From Chiloscyllium plagiosum (lineage: Eukaryota), in NCBI RefSeq assembly GCF_004010195.1, contig NC_057756.1, positions 4,761,164-4,825,163 on the forward strand: 64,000 nt of DNA. The letters are read 5' to 3'. Positions 38,150 through 51,872 of the stretch are shown one piece after another. A program made the translations under genes and the position numbers. The notes under the pieces are model-generated. The model was not told where the DNA came from and ran no database searches. It saw nothing but the letters and a program-made list of their open reading frames with translations. Position 1 is the first letter of the stretch; the number at the start of each line of letters is the position of its first letter.

Positions 38150-41100
38150 GCATAGAACATAGAACATTCCAGCACAGTACAGACCCTTCAGCCCTCAATG
38201 TCATGTTGACTTGTGGAACCAATCTGAAGCCTACCCTACCCTATTCCATTCTAACCTACCCTATTCCATTCCCACCCACGTGCCTATCCAATGACTATTT
38301 AAATGCCCTTAAAAGTTGGCGAGTCTACTACTGTTGCAGGCAGTGCATTCCATGCCCCTGCTACTCTCTGAGTGAAGAAACTATCTCTGACATCTGTCCT
38401 ATATCTATCATCCCTCAATTTAAAGCTATGTCCCACTCATGCTAGCCATCGCCATTTGAGGAAAAAAGCTCTCACTGTCCAACCTATCTAACCCTCTGAT
38501 TATCTTATATGTCTCAATTAAGTCTTATCTCTAATGAAAATAGCCTCAGCTGTTCCTTGTATGACCTTCCCTCCATACCAGGCAACATCCTGGAAGATGT
38601 CCTCTGAACCCTTCCCAAAGCTTCCACATTCTTCTTATAATGAAGTTACTTGAACAGTATGCAATACTCCAAAAGTGGCCGCAGCAGAGTTTTGTACAGC
38701 TGCAGCATGATCTCATGGTTCTGAAACTCAAAACCTCTACCGATAAAAACTATGTCTTCGTAACAACCCTATCAAACTGTGTGGCAACTTTCAAGGATCA
38801 ATGCACCTCGACACGGAGATCGCTCTCTGCTCATCTACACTACCAAGAATCTTACCATTAGCCCAGTACTCTGCATTCCTGTTACTCCTTCCAAGGTGAA
38901 TCACCTCACACTTTTCTGCATTAACTCCATTTGCCACCTCTCTGCTTACCTATGTCTCTCTGCCTCGTGCAACATCCTTCATCACTATCCATAACTCGCC
39001 CAACCTATGGTCATCCACAAATTTATAACCCATCCTTCTCTGCCCTCATTCAGGTCATTTATAAAAATGACAAACAGCAGTGGACCCCAACAGATCCTTT
39101 TGGTACACCACTAGTAACTGAACCCGAGGATGAATATTTCCTATCAATCACCACACTGTCTTCTTTCAGTTATCCAATTTCGGATTCAAACCGCTAAATC
39201 ACCCTCAATCTCCATATTTTGTGCAGTAGCCTACCATGGGGAACCTAATCAAACACCTTACTGAAATCCATATACACCACATCAACCACTTTACCCTCAT
39301 CCACCTGTTTAGCCACCTTCTCAAAGAACTCAATAAGGTTTGTGCGACATGACCTACACTTCATAAAACCGTGTTGACTATCCCTAATCAACATATTCCT
39401 TTCAAGACTATTATAAATCCTATCTCTTATAATCCTTTCCAACACTTTACTCACAACTGAACTAAGACTCACAGGTCTATAATTTCAACGGTTGACTTTA
39501 CCCCCCTTCTTGAAAAAGGGAACAATACTTACCATCCTCCAGTCTTCTGGCACTATTCCTGTGGACAATGACAACATAAAGATCAAAGCCAAAGGCTTGG
39601 CAATCGCCTCCCTGGCTTACCAGAGAATTCTAGGATAATTCCCATCCAGCCCAGGGGATGTATCTATTTTCACACTTTTCAGAATTGCTAACACCTCTTC
39701 CTTATGCACCACAATCCTATCGAGGCTAGTGACCTGTATTTCAGTATTCTCCTTGACCACATTGTCTTTTTCTAATATAAATACTGATGAAAAGTATTCA
39801 TTTATTCACTTCCTCTATCTCCTCTGACTCTACGCACAACTTCCCAATGCTATGCTTGATTGGCCCTAATCTTACTCTAGTCATTCCTTTATTCCTGATA
39901 TAACTACAGAAAACCTTAGAGTTTTCCTTGATACCATCCACCAATGATATCACATGTCCCCTCCTGGCTCTTCCTAGCTCTCTCTTTAAGTCATGCCTGG
40001 CTGCCTTATAACTCTCAAGTACCCTAACTGAGCCATCACATCTCATCCTCACATTGTTAAAAATCACACAACACCAGGTTATAGTCCAACAGGTTTAATT
40101 GGAAGCACACTAGNNNNNNNNNNNNNNNNNNNNNNNNNNNNNNNNNNNNNNNNNNNNNNNNNNNNNNNNNNNNNNNNNNNNNNNNNNNNNNNNNNNNNNN
40201 NNNNNNNNNNNNNNNNNNNNNNNNNNNNNNNNNNNNNNNNNNNNNNNNNNNNNNNNNNNNNNNNNNNNNNNNNNNNNNNNNNNNNNNNNNNNNNNNNNNN
40301 NNNNNNNNNNNNNNNNNNNNNNNNNNNNNNNNNNNNNNNNNNNNNNNNNNNNNNNNNNNNNNNNNNNNNNNNNNNNNGGACTACTCACGACTGTCTGTCT
40401 CATTTTTGGACACATGCGTCTCCATCAAGGATGGACACCTTAGCACCACACTCTACCGCAAACCCACAGACAACCTCACAATGCTACACTTCTCCAGCTT
40501 CCACCCAAAACATATTAAAACAGCCATTCCCTATGGACAAGCCCTACGCATACACCGGATCTGCTCAGATGAGGAGGAATATGACGGACACCTGGAAGTA
40601 CTCAAGGATACCCTCACAAGAACGGGGTACGATGTTCAACTCATCGACCGCCAGTGCCACAGCAAGGAACCATAATGACCTCCCCAGGAAACAGACATGT
40701 GCTGCAACTGACAGGGTACCCTTCGTTGTTCAGTACTTCCCAGGGGCTGAAACATTACGCCATGTTCTTCATGACCTGCAACAGATTATCAATGAGGATG
40801 AGCACCTCACCAAGACCTTCCCCACACCTCCACTACTTCCCTTTAAACAACTGCCAAACCTCAAACAGATCATTGTTCATAGCAAACTGCCCGGCTCTCA
40901 GGACAACTCCATACAACCCTGTCACGGTGGACGCTGCAAAACGTGTCAGATTGTGGACATAGATACCACTATTACGCGTGGGAACACCTCCCACCGTGTA
41001 CATGGCAGGTACTCATGTGAACTCAGCCAACATTGTCTATCTTATACGTTGTAGGCAGGGATGCCCTGAGGCACGGTACATTGGGGAAACCGAGCAAAGG

Positions 41101-42003
41101 CTATGACAATGGATGAATAGGCACCGCACAACAATCAACAGACAGGAGGGTTCCCTCCTAGTTGGGGAACATTTCAGTGGTTCAGGACATTCAGCCTCGG
41201 ACCTTCGGGTGTCCATTCTCCAAGGTGGACTCTGGAACAGGCAGCAGAGGAAAGTGGTCGAGCAGAGGCTGATAGCTAAGTTCAGTACCCGTAGGGAGGG
41301 CCTCGACCGGGACCTTGGGTTTATGTCACATTACAGGTGATCATCATTGCACTACACACACACACACACACACACACAGATATTCCTACACACACACTCT
41401 CTCATATACACACGGACACAGATACACACAGACGTGCACACAGACACCCACACACACCCTTATAGAGACACAGACTCCCACACATGAACCCCCTCACAGA
41501 CTTAAGACACTCTGCACTCACTACACACACACNNNNNNNNNNNNNNNNNNNNNNNNNNNNNNNNNNNNNNNNNNNNNNNNNNNNNNNNNNNNNNNNNNNN
41601 NNNNNNNNNNNNNNNNNNNNNNNNNNNNNNNNNNNNNNNNNNNNNNNNNNNNNNNNNNNNNNNNNNNNNNNNNNNNNNNNNNNNNNNNNNNNNNNNNNNN
41701 NNNNNNNNNNNNNNNNNNNNNNNNNNNNNNNNNNNNNNNNNNNNNNNNNNNNNNNNNNNNNNNNNNNNNNNNNNNNNNNNNNNNNNNNNNNNNNNNNNNN
41801 NNNNNNNNNNNNNNNNNNNNNNNNNNNNNNNNNNNNNNNNNNNNNNNNNNNNNNNNNNNNNNNNNNNNNNNNNNNNNNNNNATAACCTGGTGTTGTGTGA
41901 TTTTTAACTTTGTACACCGCAGTCCAACACCGGCATCTCCGAATCATTCTCACATTAGCCTTCTTCTTCCTCTGAACAAGAGAGGCAACTTCCTTACTAA
42001 AAC
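38150..42003 (-). mobile_element. CR1 LINE interrupted by a Penelope element
   Basis: QHGF...NLIEFFE...YMDFSK motifs; resumes after 41956. Confidence 0.88.
40056..41948 (+). mobile_element. Penelope-like retroelement: RT thumb plus GIY-YIG endonuclease, with inverted pLTR upstream; two N gaps
   Basis: FLD...LYRKPT...HP.H.K.AIPY.QALRI.RICS; C..C; VYLI.C...YIGET; TSD ctcacatt (40048-40055 / 41949-41956). Confidence 0.9.
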
Positions 42004-42419
42004 ACAGCTCCTGTGCTCGGCAACTGTCAGGCATGTTTCACTCTGTGGAGCCTCAATGCAATTTCAGTCCTCGCCACACCAGCACTGTGTGTCTGTGTCT
42101 CTTTGTAGATGCTGCTGTGAGTTACTCTCCCTGTGTGACCAAACCCCCGATGTGTTTCTCTTCCACCATCCCCTATGTAATGGCGAGGGGATGCCAGCAG
42201 ATGGTGGTATTGAATCCATTTAAAAACAAGGGAGCATCCGGCAGAGGCACCAGGAACCTTTGTCTCTCTCTGTCTCTCTCTCTCTCTCCCCCCCTCCCTT
42301 TCTCCCTCTGTGTTTCAGTGTGTCTATGGGTGCGTTTGTGTGTCAGTGTCTGTGTGAACGTCTGTGTCTCAGTGTGTCTCTGGGTGTCCATCTGTGCGTT
42401 TCTGTCTCTGACTGCCACT

Positions 42420-43505
42420 GATTACATATAGCAGATACTTAGGAGTGAGTTCCAGCCTAAAATCTAATAAACGGTTCAGGGCCATAATACGTAGAATAAC
42501 AGATACCTGGATGTGAGTTACAGACTGGAATCTAATCAATGGGCGTGAGGTTTTATATAATAGCAGATACTCAGGAGTGAGTTCCTGTCTGGAATCTACT
42601 CAAGGGGTTCGGTGTTGTTTAGATATAGAATAACAGATACCCAGGAGTGACTTACATACTGTAATCTTTTTGAAGTGCTCAGGGTAATTTATAGTTAGGA
42701 TAAGTGATAGTCAGGAGTTCCAGTCTGGAATCTAATCAAGATGTTCGATGTGTCTATGGACAGTGTGACAAATACCTGGGAGTTAGTTACAAACTGGAAA
42801 CTAATCAAAGGGTTCAGGGTAGCTTATATACAGTGGAAAAGATATGAAGGAGTGAGATACAGATAAGAATCAAAATGAAGGGTTCAGTGAGGATTGTATA
42901 TGATGTGGAGGAGCTGGTGTTGGACTAGGGTGGACAAAGTTAAAAATCACACAACACCAGCTTATAGTCCAACAGGTTTATTTGGGAGCACTAGCTTTTG
43001 GAGCACTGCTCCTTCCACCTGATGATGGAGCAGTGATCTGAAAGCTAGTCCTTCCAAATAAACCTGTTGGACTGTAACCTGGTGTTGTGTGATTTTTAAT
43101 TTAGGATTATACGTAGAGTTAGAAATCTTCACGAGTGAGTTATAGACTATAATGTAATAAAGGCAGAGTGGTTGTGTGCAGAGAAACAGATGCCTGGGAG
43201 TGAGATACAGCCAGAAATCTAATAGAGAGGTTGGGGGAGGGGTGTCTATACAGAGTAACGGAACACTGGGAATGAGTTACAGCCAGAAATCTAATTAAGA
43301 GGTTCAGGAGGGATTTTTATACAGAGTAAGAGATACGCAGGAATAAGTTAGACACAGGAATTTAATCGAGGGATTTGGTGGAGTTTTATTGATATATTAC
43401 CTGATATTCAGGACAGAAATCGAATGAATATTTCAAATATTTGTAATTTAGTTTGAAATAACAGTTGCTCGAGAGTGAGTTACATGCTGCAATGTGATCG
43501 AGAAG
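42420..43505. repeat. ~60-70 bp satellite (gagtgagttacagactggaatctaatc...) with a palindromic Penelope insert at ~42905-43100
   Basis: Visible repeats; related units at 25840-26100 and 27780-28010. Confidence 0.85.
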
Positions 43506-44444
43506 TTTCCAAGGAGATTTGAGATTTGCAAGTGTCGGTATGTGAGAATCTGTGTCTTTTAAATCTTGGAGTTGATGCTTGTGTGAGAGTGTACATCACT
43601 GAGTGACATCTGTTTGTCCATGTGTATTTCTGTGTGCATATGGCAGTGTACATCACTGAGTGAGATGTCTGTGCAAGACCACTGTAATGACATGGCGGTG
43701 AGCTATTCTCCTACTTAAACCAAACACACAGAAAAGTTCACCTCACCTCATAATCTGTTAAAGTATGAGTGACAGAGAACAACCCAAATTCCACTATTTA
43801 ACAAAAAATTGTCAATGCTCTTCTTTAACTCTCAAGTGAACATTAAACAACAACTATTTACAACTCTAAGTCTTGTTTCTCTTAAGATTTGTGCTCATCA
43901 GGGGCAGTAACTAACACTTGTTTCTCCAGTTCTTTGTCTCTGTAACAATAAAGTTTCAACATATTCACATAACGTACATGATACTGTTTTTTTTTTTCCA
44001 ATCTGGCACCTTTGCCAGATAGTTTACCTGACTCAGCTTTTTCTCAATTTCATAGGGACCACTAAACCTGGCTTTAAAGGGATCTCCTACCACTGGTAAC
44101 AATACTAATACGTCATCCCTTCGGGAAAATGTCCAAGTCTCAGAGTTTTTAATCTACCACCTGCTTCATTCTACGCTGTGTACTCTTTAGGTGCTGTTTC
44201 ATAGCTGACTCACCTACCTGATTTAATCTCTCTCTCACCTCCGATATATAACCCAAGTGTGAGATCTCCGACTTTGGTCCTGTCAATTTCTTTCAAGTAA
44301 TTACAGAGATCCTCTCACTTCATGTCCAAATATTAACTCAAAGAGAATAAACTTGGTAGATTCATTTGGGGCATCGCTAATGGCAAACAACACAAATCTG
44401 ATACTTTATCTTAATCCTTTGGGTCATCCTGACAGTACATTGGA

Positions 44445-45134
44445 TTTGAAGGTATGTACTGTACCTTTAAGAGGGAGCGAAAGTTGAAAAGCTGGCAAGC
44501 ACCTGTTATGTGACTGAGTAGAGTGTACTAGACAATTTGAAGATGTATCATTTAAGCTGTAACTCTGATAATGAGTTGTTTTCACAACCATTCGAATTCA
44601 ACCACTCAGTTTAAATTATGCCCCAAGATACTAAAACCCAATCGAATTTGAATTTTACTGTCTTGACAACGCAAACTAGTGAGAAGATCCGATGTTTTGG
44701 GGTACAAAAAGCAGGCATTTTGAACAGTTAGCCAGTGACAAAGAGCACATTTGCCATCGATAGGCTGCCCACAGACCCTCTCTCTGAAGGGTACCTTTTT
44801 CATTATTGTTGAAGCAGAAGACTGGAGACGATATGGGGAAATCTACAGACAGAGGAAGTTCATCACGAAGGCAACAACTGGTTTTTGAAAATTGATTTGC
44901 TGTTAATTTCAAAGGGGATTTATTGGATCACTTTATTGTTATAGAGTGGGAAGTAGATAATTTTTGATAGAAAGGAGGCTTCCAGTTATAGATCATTATT
45001 TTTTAATGTTCTCTTTTGCAGTTAAAGAATAAATTGCTATTTTTTTCTTTAAATGCTTTAACAGATTATGAGGCAAGTGAGCTTTCCTGTGGTTTGGTTT
45101 AAATTAGTAGAAGGGTTTACCCTGCCTCGTAACA
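44445..45134 (+). mobile_element. Solo LTR of the same family, inserted in the opposite orientation
   Basis: Reverse-complement similarity to 50520-50760 (aaagctggcaagcacctg). Confidence 0.7.
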
Positions 45135-45147
45135 CTCCTAACATAGT

Positions 45148-45832
45148 TTTACAACACGGGGCAAACCCTCATGCTTAATTTAAAACCAGCAACACAGAAA
45201 AGGTCTATCGCGTGCAGTAATCTGTAAAAGTTTGAGTGGCCAAGAACTATTTAAAGTAAAAATTAACAACTTTATTTCTTAAAGTATAACAGAGAATAAT
45301 TAACTAATAACTATCTACAATTCCTTACTCTAACCTAATCTGGTACGTTCCCTTCTATAATACTAGCCCGATAAAACTCCCAATTAAGACTTACAAAACA
45401 ACACTTCTTATGTCAAAACCAGGCAGCTTTCAATTGTTCTATTTGGATCTTTTTGTGTCTGCTTTTCTTCTTCTTATGAATTTCTGCATCACCGGTTACT
45501 GATCGAAAAGGTATTTTTAAGAGAGCTATTTTTCAAGCAGTCTGTTACCCGCTGGTGCTTGGCAGTTCTCCTCTCAACGAAAGCATCGGATTGTGTCATG
45601 GGCTTTTAAGATTGTCAATATATTCAATTCAAACTGGATTGTAATTTGGTATTTTTCAGGGTATAACTTAAACTGATTGGCCGAATTTGAATTTGTTTTT
45701 GTCGCCAGGCAACGAGCTAAACGAGTTGTTTGACCAAGTGTTACATTGTTACTTTACTGAGAACACTTGGTGCTGTGTCCAGTAGTTCTGCTGCTTTTAA
45801 CTCTCTTAAAGGACACCCACATCTTCATATCA
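45148..45832 (-). mobile_element. Solo LTR of a related family nested in the integrase region
   Basis: Shares acacagaaaag...taatctgt and ctcttaaagg ends with the flanking LTRs. Confidence 0.6.
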
Positions 45833-45914
45833 CATGGTCTTCAGGGTCTGATGCCACGTTTCTAAAACTCCCTGGGATTCAGGATGATACACACTTGATT
45901 TAAATTGCTGTATA

Positions 45915-46192
45915 GATTTTAGATTTAGATTACAGTGTGGAAACAGGCCCTTCGGCCCAACAAGTCCACACCGACCCGCCAAAGCGAAACCCGCCCATAC
46001 CCCTATATTTACCCCTTACCTAACACTACGGGCAATTTAGCATGGCCAATTCACCTGACCNNNNNGGAAACCCACGCAGACACGGGGAGAACGTGCAAAC
46101 TCCACACAGTCAGTCGCCTGAGGCGGGAATTGAACCCGGGTCTCTGGCGCTGTGAGGCAGCAGTGCTAACCACTGTGCCACCGTGCCGCCCA
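45915..46192 (-). mobile_element. HE1 SINE
   Basis: Reverse complement of the 35254-35558 type. Confidence 0.9.
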
Positions 46193-47071
46193 CTATCCAT
46201 GACTTCTCAAAACAGACTAGCAGTAAAATTAGACCCTTTGGCTGACTGAATCTGGGTAGCCCATAACGCGTGAAGAAAGCTACTAACTCCTCTCCCACCC
46301 TTTTTACCTTGATACTCCATAATGGAATTGCCTCCAGAAATCTGGGAGACATGGTTAGCAAGTACTGGTTCCCACTTTTGATTCTTGGGAGGGAACCGGC
46401 ACAGGGTAAAACAAGGGCTGCAGATGCTGGAAACCAGATTCTAGATTAGAGTGGTGCTGGAAAAGCACAGCAGTTCAGGCAGCATCCGAGGAGCAGGAAA
46501 ATCGACGTTTTGGGTAAAAGCCCTTCATCAGGGAACCGGCACAATCAATCATAACCCACGTGAAAGGTTCTTCAAATGAGGGCATTGGCAACAAAGGGGC
46601 TGTTTTTTTTACCGTCTATGGCTTACCTACCATTTGGCATGTATGACACATACAGCAAAATTTAACCAAATCCTTGTGCATTCCAGGCCAATAGAAACAT
46701 TTTTGTACCTTAGCCTGAGTCTTCCATACACCTAGGTGACCTCCGAATGGTCATGTACTACTCGTAACACTTCCTGTCTGTATGCTACCAGCAACACAAT
46801 CTGGTGCACTTCTGCCCATTTCTCCTCTGCACTAACCTGCAGTGGTCTCTATTTTCATTTTAGGATTATATCTTTCAGGTAAAGTTAAAATCACACAACA
46901 CTAGGTTATATTCCAACAGGAGAAGCACCACTTCTTCATCAGGTGGTTGTGGAATTTATAGTAACAGGATTGCAGTGTCATGAAATGTAATATTCAACAA
47001 ATTTAAAATTACATTCCATGACTGCAATCCTGTTGCTATAAGTTCGGTGTCTTACGGTTCTGCTCCACAAC

Positions 47072-47106
47072 CACCTGATGATGGAGCAGCGGTCTGAAAG
47101 CTAGTG
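47072..47106 (+). ncRNA. Minimal hammerhead motif, second Penelope family (stem II degraded)
   Basis: CAC-CTGATGA-T-GGAGC(AGC)GGTCT-GAAA-GC-TA-GTG. Confidence 0.5.
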
Positions 47107-49979
47107 CCTCCAAATAAACCTGTTGGACTATAACCTGGTGCTGTGTGATTTATAACTTTGTCCACCTCAATCCAACACCAGCAATTCCAAATCATTCAAA
47201 TTATAACCCTCAGGAATATTCTCTGCCTCCCTTTCTGAGTATGCATCAACAGATATAATATGTTTTATTGTCTCATCTTTCTGTTGTAAGTCCATTAGCC
47301 TTCCAGGATTAAACACCTCTGCCTGACCCTCTGCCTGTTCAGGTTTTTCCTGCAGTACTACGTCAAACTGGGTGTCTGCTAACTGAAGCTCAACTCCTTC
47401 ATCTTTCTCTTTAGTTTGTGCTTGGTGCTGTGACTTATGATCGCAGGATTGTGTTAATACACAGTCGGGGAAAGTTCCAGGGTATTTTTCTCTTTAAACT
47501 TGTCAGTTCCCAGGTCTTCCTTGAGCTTCTCCAAAACAAGGGGGTGTCATTCCCACGTTGGATCCTGCTAAATCATTCCCAAGAAAAAACTGTATTCCTC
47601 GAACGGACACTCTGTCAATCACTCCCACTGTTACTTCCCCAATCTCGAGTTGGCACTCCAACTTGATCTTACAATCGGGAACATGAAATTTCTGTCCATC
47701 AATCCCTCAAATTACCACTTCCTCAGTTAACAGGTCAGAAAAAGTGCAAATACGTTCATCTCTTACTATTAGAGACTGGTTAGATCCGTATCTCTCAAAA
47801 TTATAACTTCTTGCCCTCCTCCCCCTGACCTTTCTGAGTGAACTTTACCCACAGGGGTGAATGCTTTATACAGATTAGGCACTAAGTCCATCCCCAGCCC
47901 CTGCCTGAGCTGTGCACTCTCCTGCAGCTCCTCGGCTCTTCTTGGGGTCTCCTTTACTACTTTCACTAATGTCACTGGCTTCGCTTCTTTTCCCACACCT
48001 TTTCCCACAATACCTTTCTTTAACAGCCAGCACTGGGACTTTACGTGTCCCACTTTACGGCAGTGGAAACACCTGAGGCCTGTCACCTCCTTCCCACCCT
48101 CTAAGCCTTCCTTTTGATCCTGTGGTAAACTATTCCCAGTGTGCTCGGTTTCCTTGGTTTGTAGTGTAGGATCTCCCCTTCTCCCAATTCCTCTCCCTCA
48201 CAGGGTGACATTCTTGCTGGCAGGTGAACTTTGCCTTCTGCACCAACGTATATTCACCTGCCATCTCTGCTGCTCTTCTCACTTCTGGAACTTTCTGTTC
48301 CTCCACATGGATTCTTATCATCTCTGGAAGTGAGTTTTTAAACTCCTCCAGAAGAGTATTCTGACAGGTCGTATCTATTTTTAAGGCCTGCACCATCTAT
48401 CAAAACTGCAATGGTCGATTGTTTTGAACTCACCATAAGTCTCACCTGGTTCCTTCTTTATATTTCTGAACTGTTGTCCATACGCTTCTGGTACCAATTC
48501 ATAAGCACTCAAAATAACCTGTCTGACCTCTTCATAATCTCTTGACACCTTATCTGACAGCGCTGCAGATACCTCACGAGCTCTGCCTACCAGCTTAGTC
48601 TGAACTAGCATTACCCACAAGTCCTCTGACCACTCCACCTGCCTAGCCAATTTTTCAATTAATTAAAGGCAGCTTTGAAATCATTCTCATCAAAATATGG
48701 CAGTGTTTTAATATATTTGTATATGTCACTACCTTCTCTCTTCATCTCCATCCTGTTAACTTGACTTTGCTAACTTCTGAAGTTCAAATATTCTCTCCAT
48801 TTCTCTCTTTTTCTCTGTCCCTTTCTTCTCTGTCTCTCTCTTTGCTCAGCTGAGAATCTTTTCTCTATTTAATTTTTCCGCTCTTCTTCATCTCCCTCAT
48901 TCTTTTTCCTCTCCCTCTTTCTTAGTCTCCCTTTCTTTATCTTATAACTCTATTTTCCTCAACTGTAGTTTAGGGTTTGCTAACTCTGTTGCATTTGTCT
49001 GTTTCTCTGGCACACCTAAGTGCTTGAGTAACTCCGTTACAATTTCAGCTTTATGTTTACCCTTGATTAAACCCAATTCTAACCTTCAATGCATTATCTG
49101 AGCTGACAGAGCACCTATTGTTAAAGTTCATTTGAGAGTAACTTTAAAACAAAGTTCTGGGATTTACATGTGAAAGAACTGAAATTAAAGTGGTCATTCT
49201 AAAAGATGAGAGACTTAACAAACAATCCAGGTCTTTATCTATATGTAATTTCAGTTGCATCACACTGTAAACTTTTGCTATAATTTCTGTGTCTTACCAT
49301 CTTATACTCCACAACCATCTGATGAAGGACCAATGATCTGCAAGCTCGTGCTTCCAAATAAACCTGTTGGACTATTGCCTGATATTGTGCGATTTTTAAT
49401 TTTGTGGACTCCAGTCCAACACTGGCACCTCCAAATTATCAATTCTAACTTTTTTGCTGATTCTAAAAGTCTTTTCTTTTCTTTCTAAACTTTCTTGGCA
49501 AACTTGGGAATCACCTTCAAACCGCAGAACTTCTTTAGCAATTTTAAGAGCCATTTCTCTCACTTTTAATTCCACAAATAACCGAAATTATACAAATTGT
49601 CTCCTCTATGTTTTATTTGACTATCTAGGACACTAATCGGCAAGTGATTAAATCTGCTGAAGCTTTTACCCTAAATCTGTCCAAATCTCAGACTGGATAT
49701 GTCCACACCTGTCCAAATCGTGGACCCGAGCTCCCAAACTGTTATGACACAGTGGTGAGCCCCTTTGCTAATTAAACCAGAAACACAGTAAAAGCTCACC
49801 TCACCTTGTAATCTGTTAAAGTATTTCTGACAGCGAACTACCCAAATTCCACTATTTAACAAAAAATATAAATTTTATTCTTTAACACTAAAGTGAACAT
49901 TAAACAACAACTATTTACAATTCTAAGCCTCCTCTCTCTTAAAGGTTTGTTATCTACCTCCCACTCTATAACAATATAG

Positions 49980-50295
49980 TGGGCGGCACGGTGGCAAGTA
50001 CTGCTGCCTCACAGCGCCAGAGACCCGGGTTCAATTCCCGCCTCAGGCGACTGACTGTGTGGAGCTTGCACGTTCTCCCCGTGGCTGCGTGGGTTTCCTC
50101 CGGGTGCTCCGGTTTCCTCCCAAAGTCCAAAGATGTGCAGGTTAGGTGAATTGGCCATGCTAAATTGCCCGTAGTGTTAGGTAAGGGCTAAATGTAGGGG
50201 TATGGGTGGGTTGCGCTTCGGCGGGTCGGTGAGGACTTGTTGGGCCGAAGGGCCTGTTTCAACACTGTAACGTAATGTAATGTAATGTAATCTAA
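49980..50295 (+). mobile_element. HE1 SINE inside the 5' LTR
   Basis: B box GGTTCAATTCC; (TGTAA)n tail. Confidence 0.9.
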
Positions 50296-51397
50296 AAAAT
50301 ATATACTGATCCAACAAAGCCCCTATTACATTTACAGCAACTCAATTTTCAAAACAGCAGCTGTCATATCCGGTGTCGATCTTCCTCTGTTTTGGAGATC
50401 TCATTAGCTGCACATATTTTTCACATGAGAAAGGTACCTTCGGTAACGCTTTCAGGCAGTCTATCTAACAATGGCAGGTGGTACTCTTTCTGACTAACTG
50501 TTCAAAATACCTGCTTTTTTATACCCCAAACATGGGATCATCTATTGGTTCAATGTTGTCAAAATTCAAATTTGATTGGGTTTTAGTATCTTGCAGCATA
50601 ATTTAAACGGATTGGTTAAATTTGAACTGCTGTGAAAGCAACTGGTATTTAGGTTATAGCCAAAATGTTACATCTTTCAATTTTCCAGCACACTCTGTGA
50701 CATGACAGGTGCTTGCCAGCTTTCACTCTCTCTCAAAGGTCCAGTTACACCCCTTCAACTTCATGACAGTGCATATCACTGACAGAGCTGTGCTCATCTG
50801 TGTGTTTGTGCATAGGTGAGTGTCTGTGATATCGTACATCCCTGTAGCCATAGCGTAATACAGCACAAAGACGGCCGCCTTCAACCATTTTGTCCATGTC
50901 AACCAGATATCCTAAACTGATTTTGTTCCATTTGCCAGCATTTAGCCCGTATTCCTGCAAACCAGTAAGTGATGCATTTTGTTCATGTGTGTGTTTACGT
51001 CACTGAGTGATCTGCATCCATATGATACACTGTGTGCCTCAATGTGCTCATGTGTATGAATTGACATTACTGAGTGATCTGCATTCATGTATGCTGGCCA
51101 GTGGACATCAGAGTGTTTGTGTGTGTGAGTCAGATATTTCTTCCTGCTTTGTGTTGTCAGAACTTTACAGCTGTGCATCAATCACAGTGACCTGTCTTTT
51201 TAATTTTTCCCAGGTTATAACATTTGTATGTGGGGACAACAAACTCTGTGCAACCAGCGCTGCTTCCAATGGGATACAGTTTGTCCTGGAGGGAAGTGTG
51301 TGTGTATGAGCATCTGTGAGTGAGAGAGTGAGTGAGTGAGCAGCTCTACCTGCAATGGGATATGCTTTGCACTGGAGAGAAGTTTCAATGAATGAAT

Positions 51398-51872
51398 AGT
51401 TTGAGCTATAGGGAGAGGCTGAATAGGCTGGGGCGGTTTTACCCTGGAGCATCAGAGGCTGAGGGGTGACCTTGTAGAGATTTATAACATCATGAGGGGC
51501 ATGGATAGAGTAAAATGACAAGGTATTTTCTCTGGTACTTGGGGGGGGGGGGGGGGGGGCAGGGGGAAGAGAACTAGACAGTATAGATTTAGAGTGAGAA
51601 GGGAAAGATTTAAAAGGGACCTAAGGTGCAAATTTTTCACACAGAGGCAGGTGGGTGTAAGGAATGAGCTGCCAGAGGAAGTGATGGAGGCAGGTACATT
51701 GCAACATTTAACAGGCATCTGGATGGATATATAAATAGGAAGGCTTTAGAGAGATATGGGCCAAGAGCTGGCAAATGGGATTAGATTAATTTAGGAATTA
51801 TCTGGTCAACATGGATGAGTTTTACAGGTCTGTTTCCGTGCTGTACATCTCTATGATCCCATGATTCTATGA
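51398..51872 (+). mobile_element. CR1/HER1 3' fragment
   Basis: RLRGDL.E.Y.IMRG.DR motif and tail. Confidence 0.8.

Larger units (their letters stand above)
43683..50768 (-). mobile_element. Decayed Gmr1-like Gypsy LTR retrotransposon (gag-PR-IN order, RT missing)
   Basis: LTRs 49740-50768 and truncated 43683-~43890 share sequence and TG..CA ends; YELVPEAY and LLEEFK (SCAN-like gag); CFHCRKVGHVKSQC; ILRDT protease; integrase HHCC and core follow directly. Confidence 0.85.

Noticed and set aside
41315..42223. 302-aa ORF and other ORFs in CA/CT-rich tracts (e.g. 1879-2215, 18096-18702, 26069-26367)
   Set aside because: Artefacts of N gaps and microsatellite or low-complexity sequence
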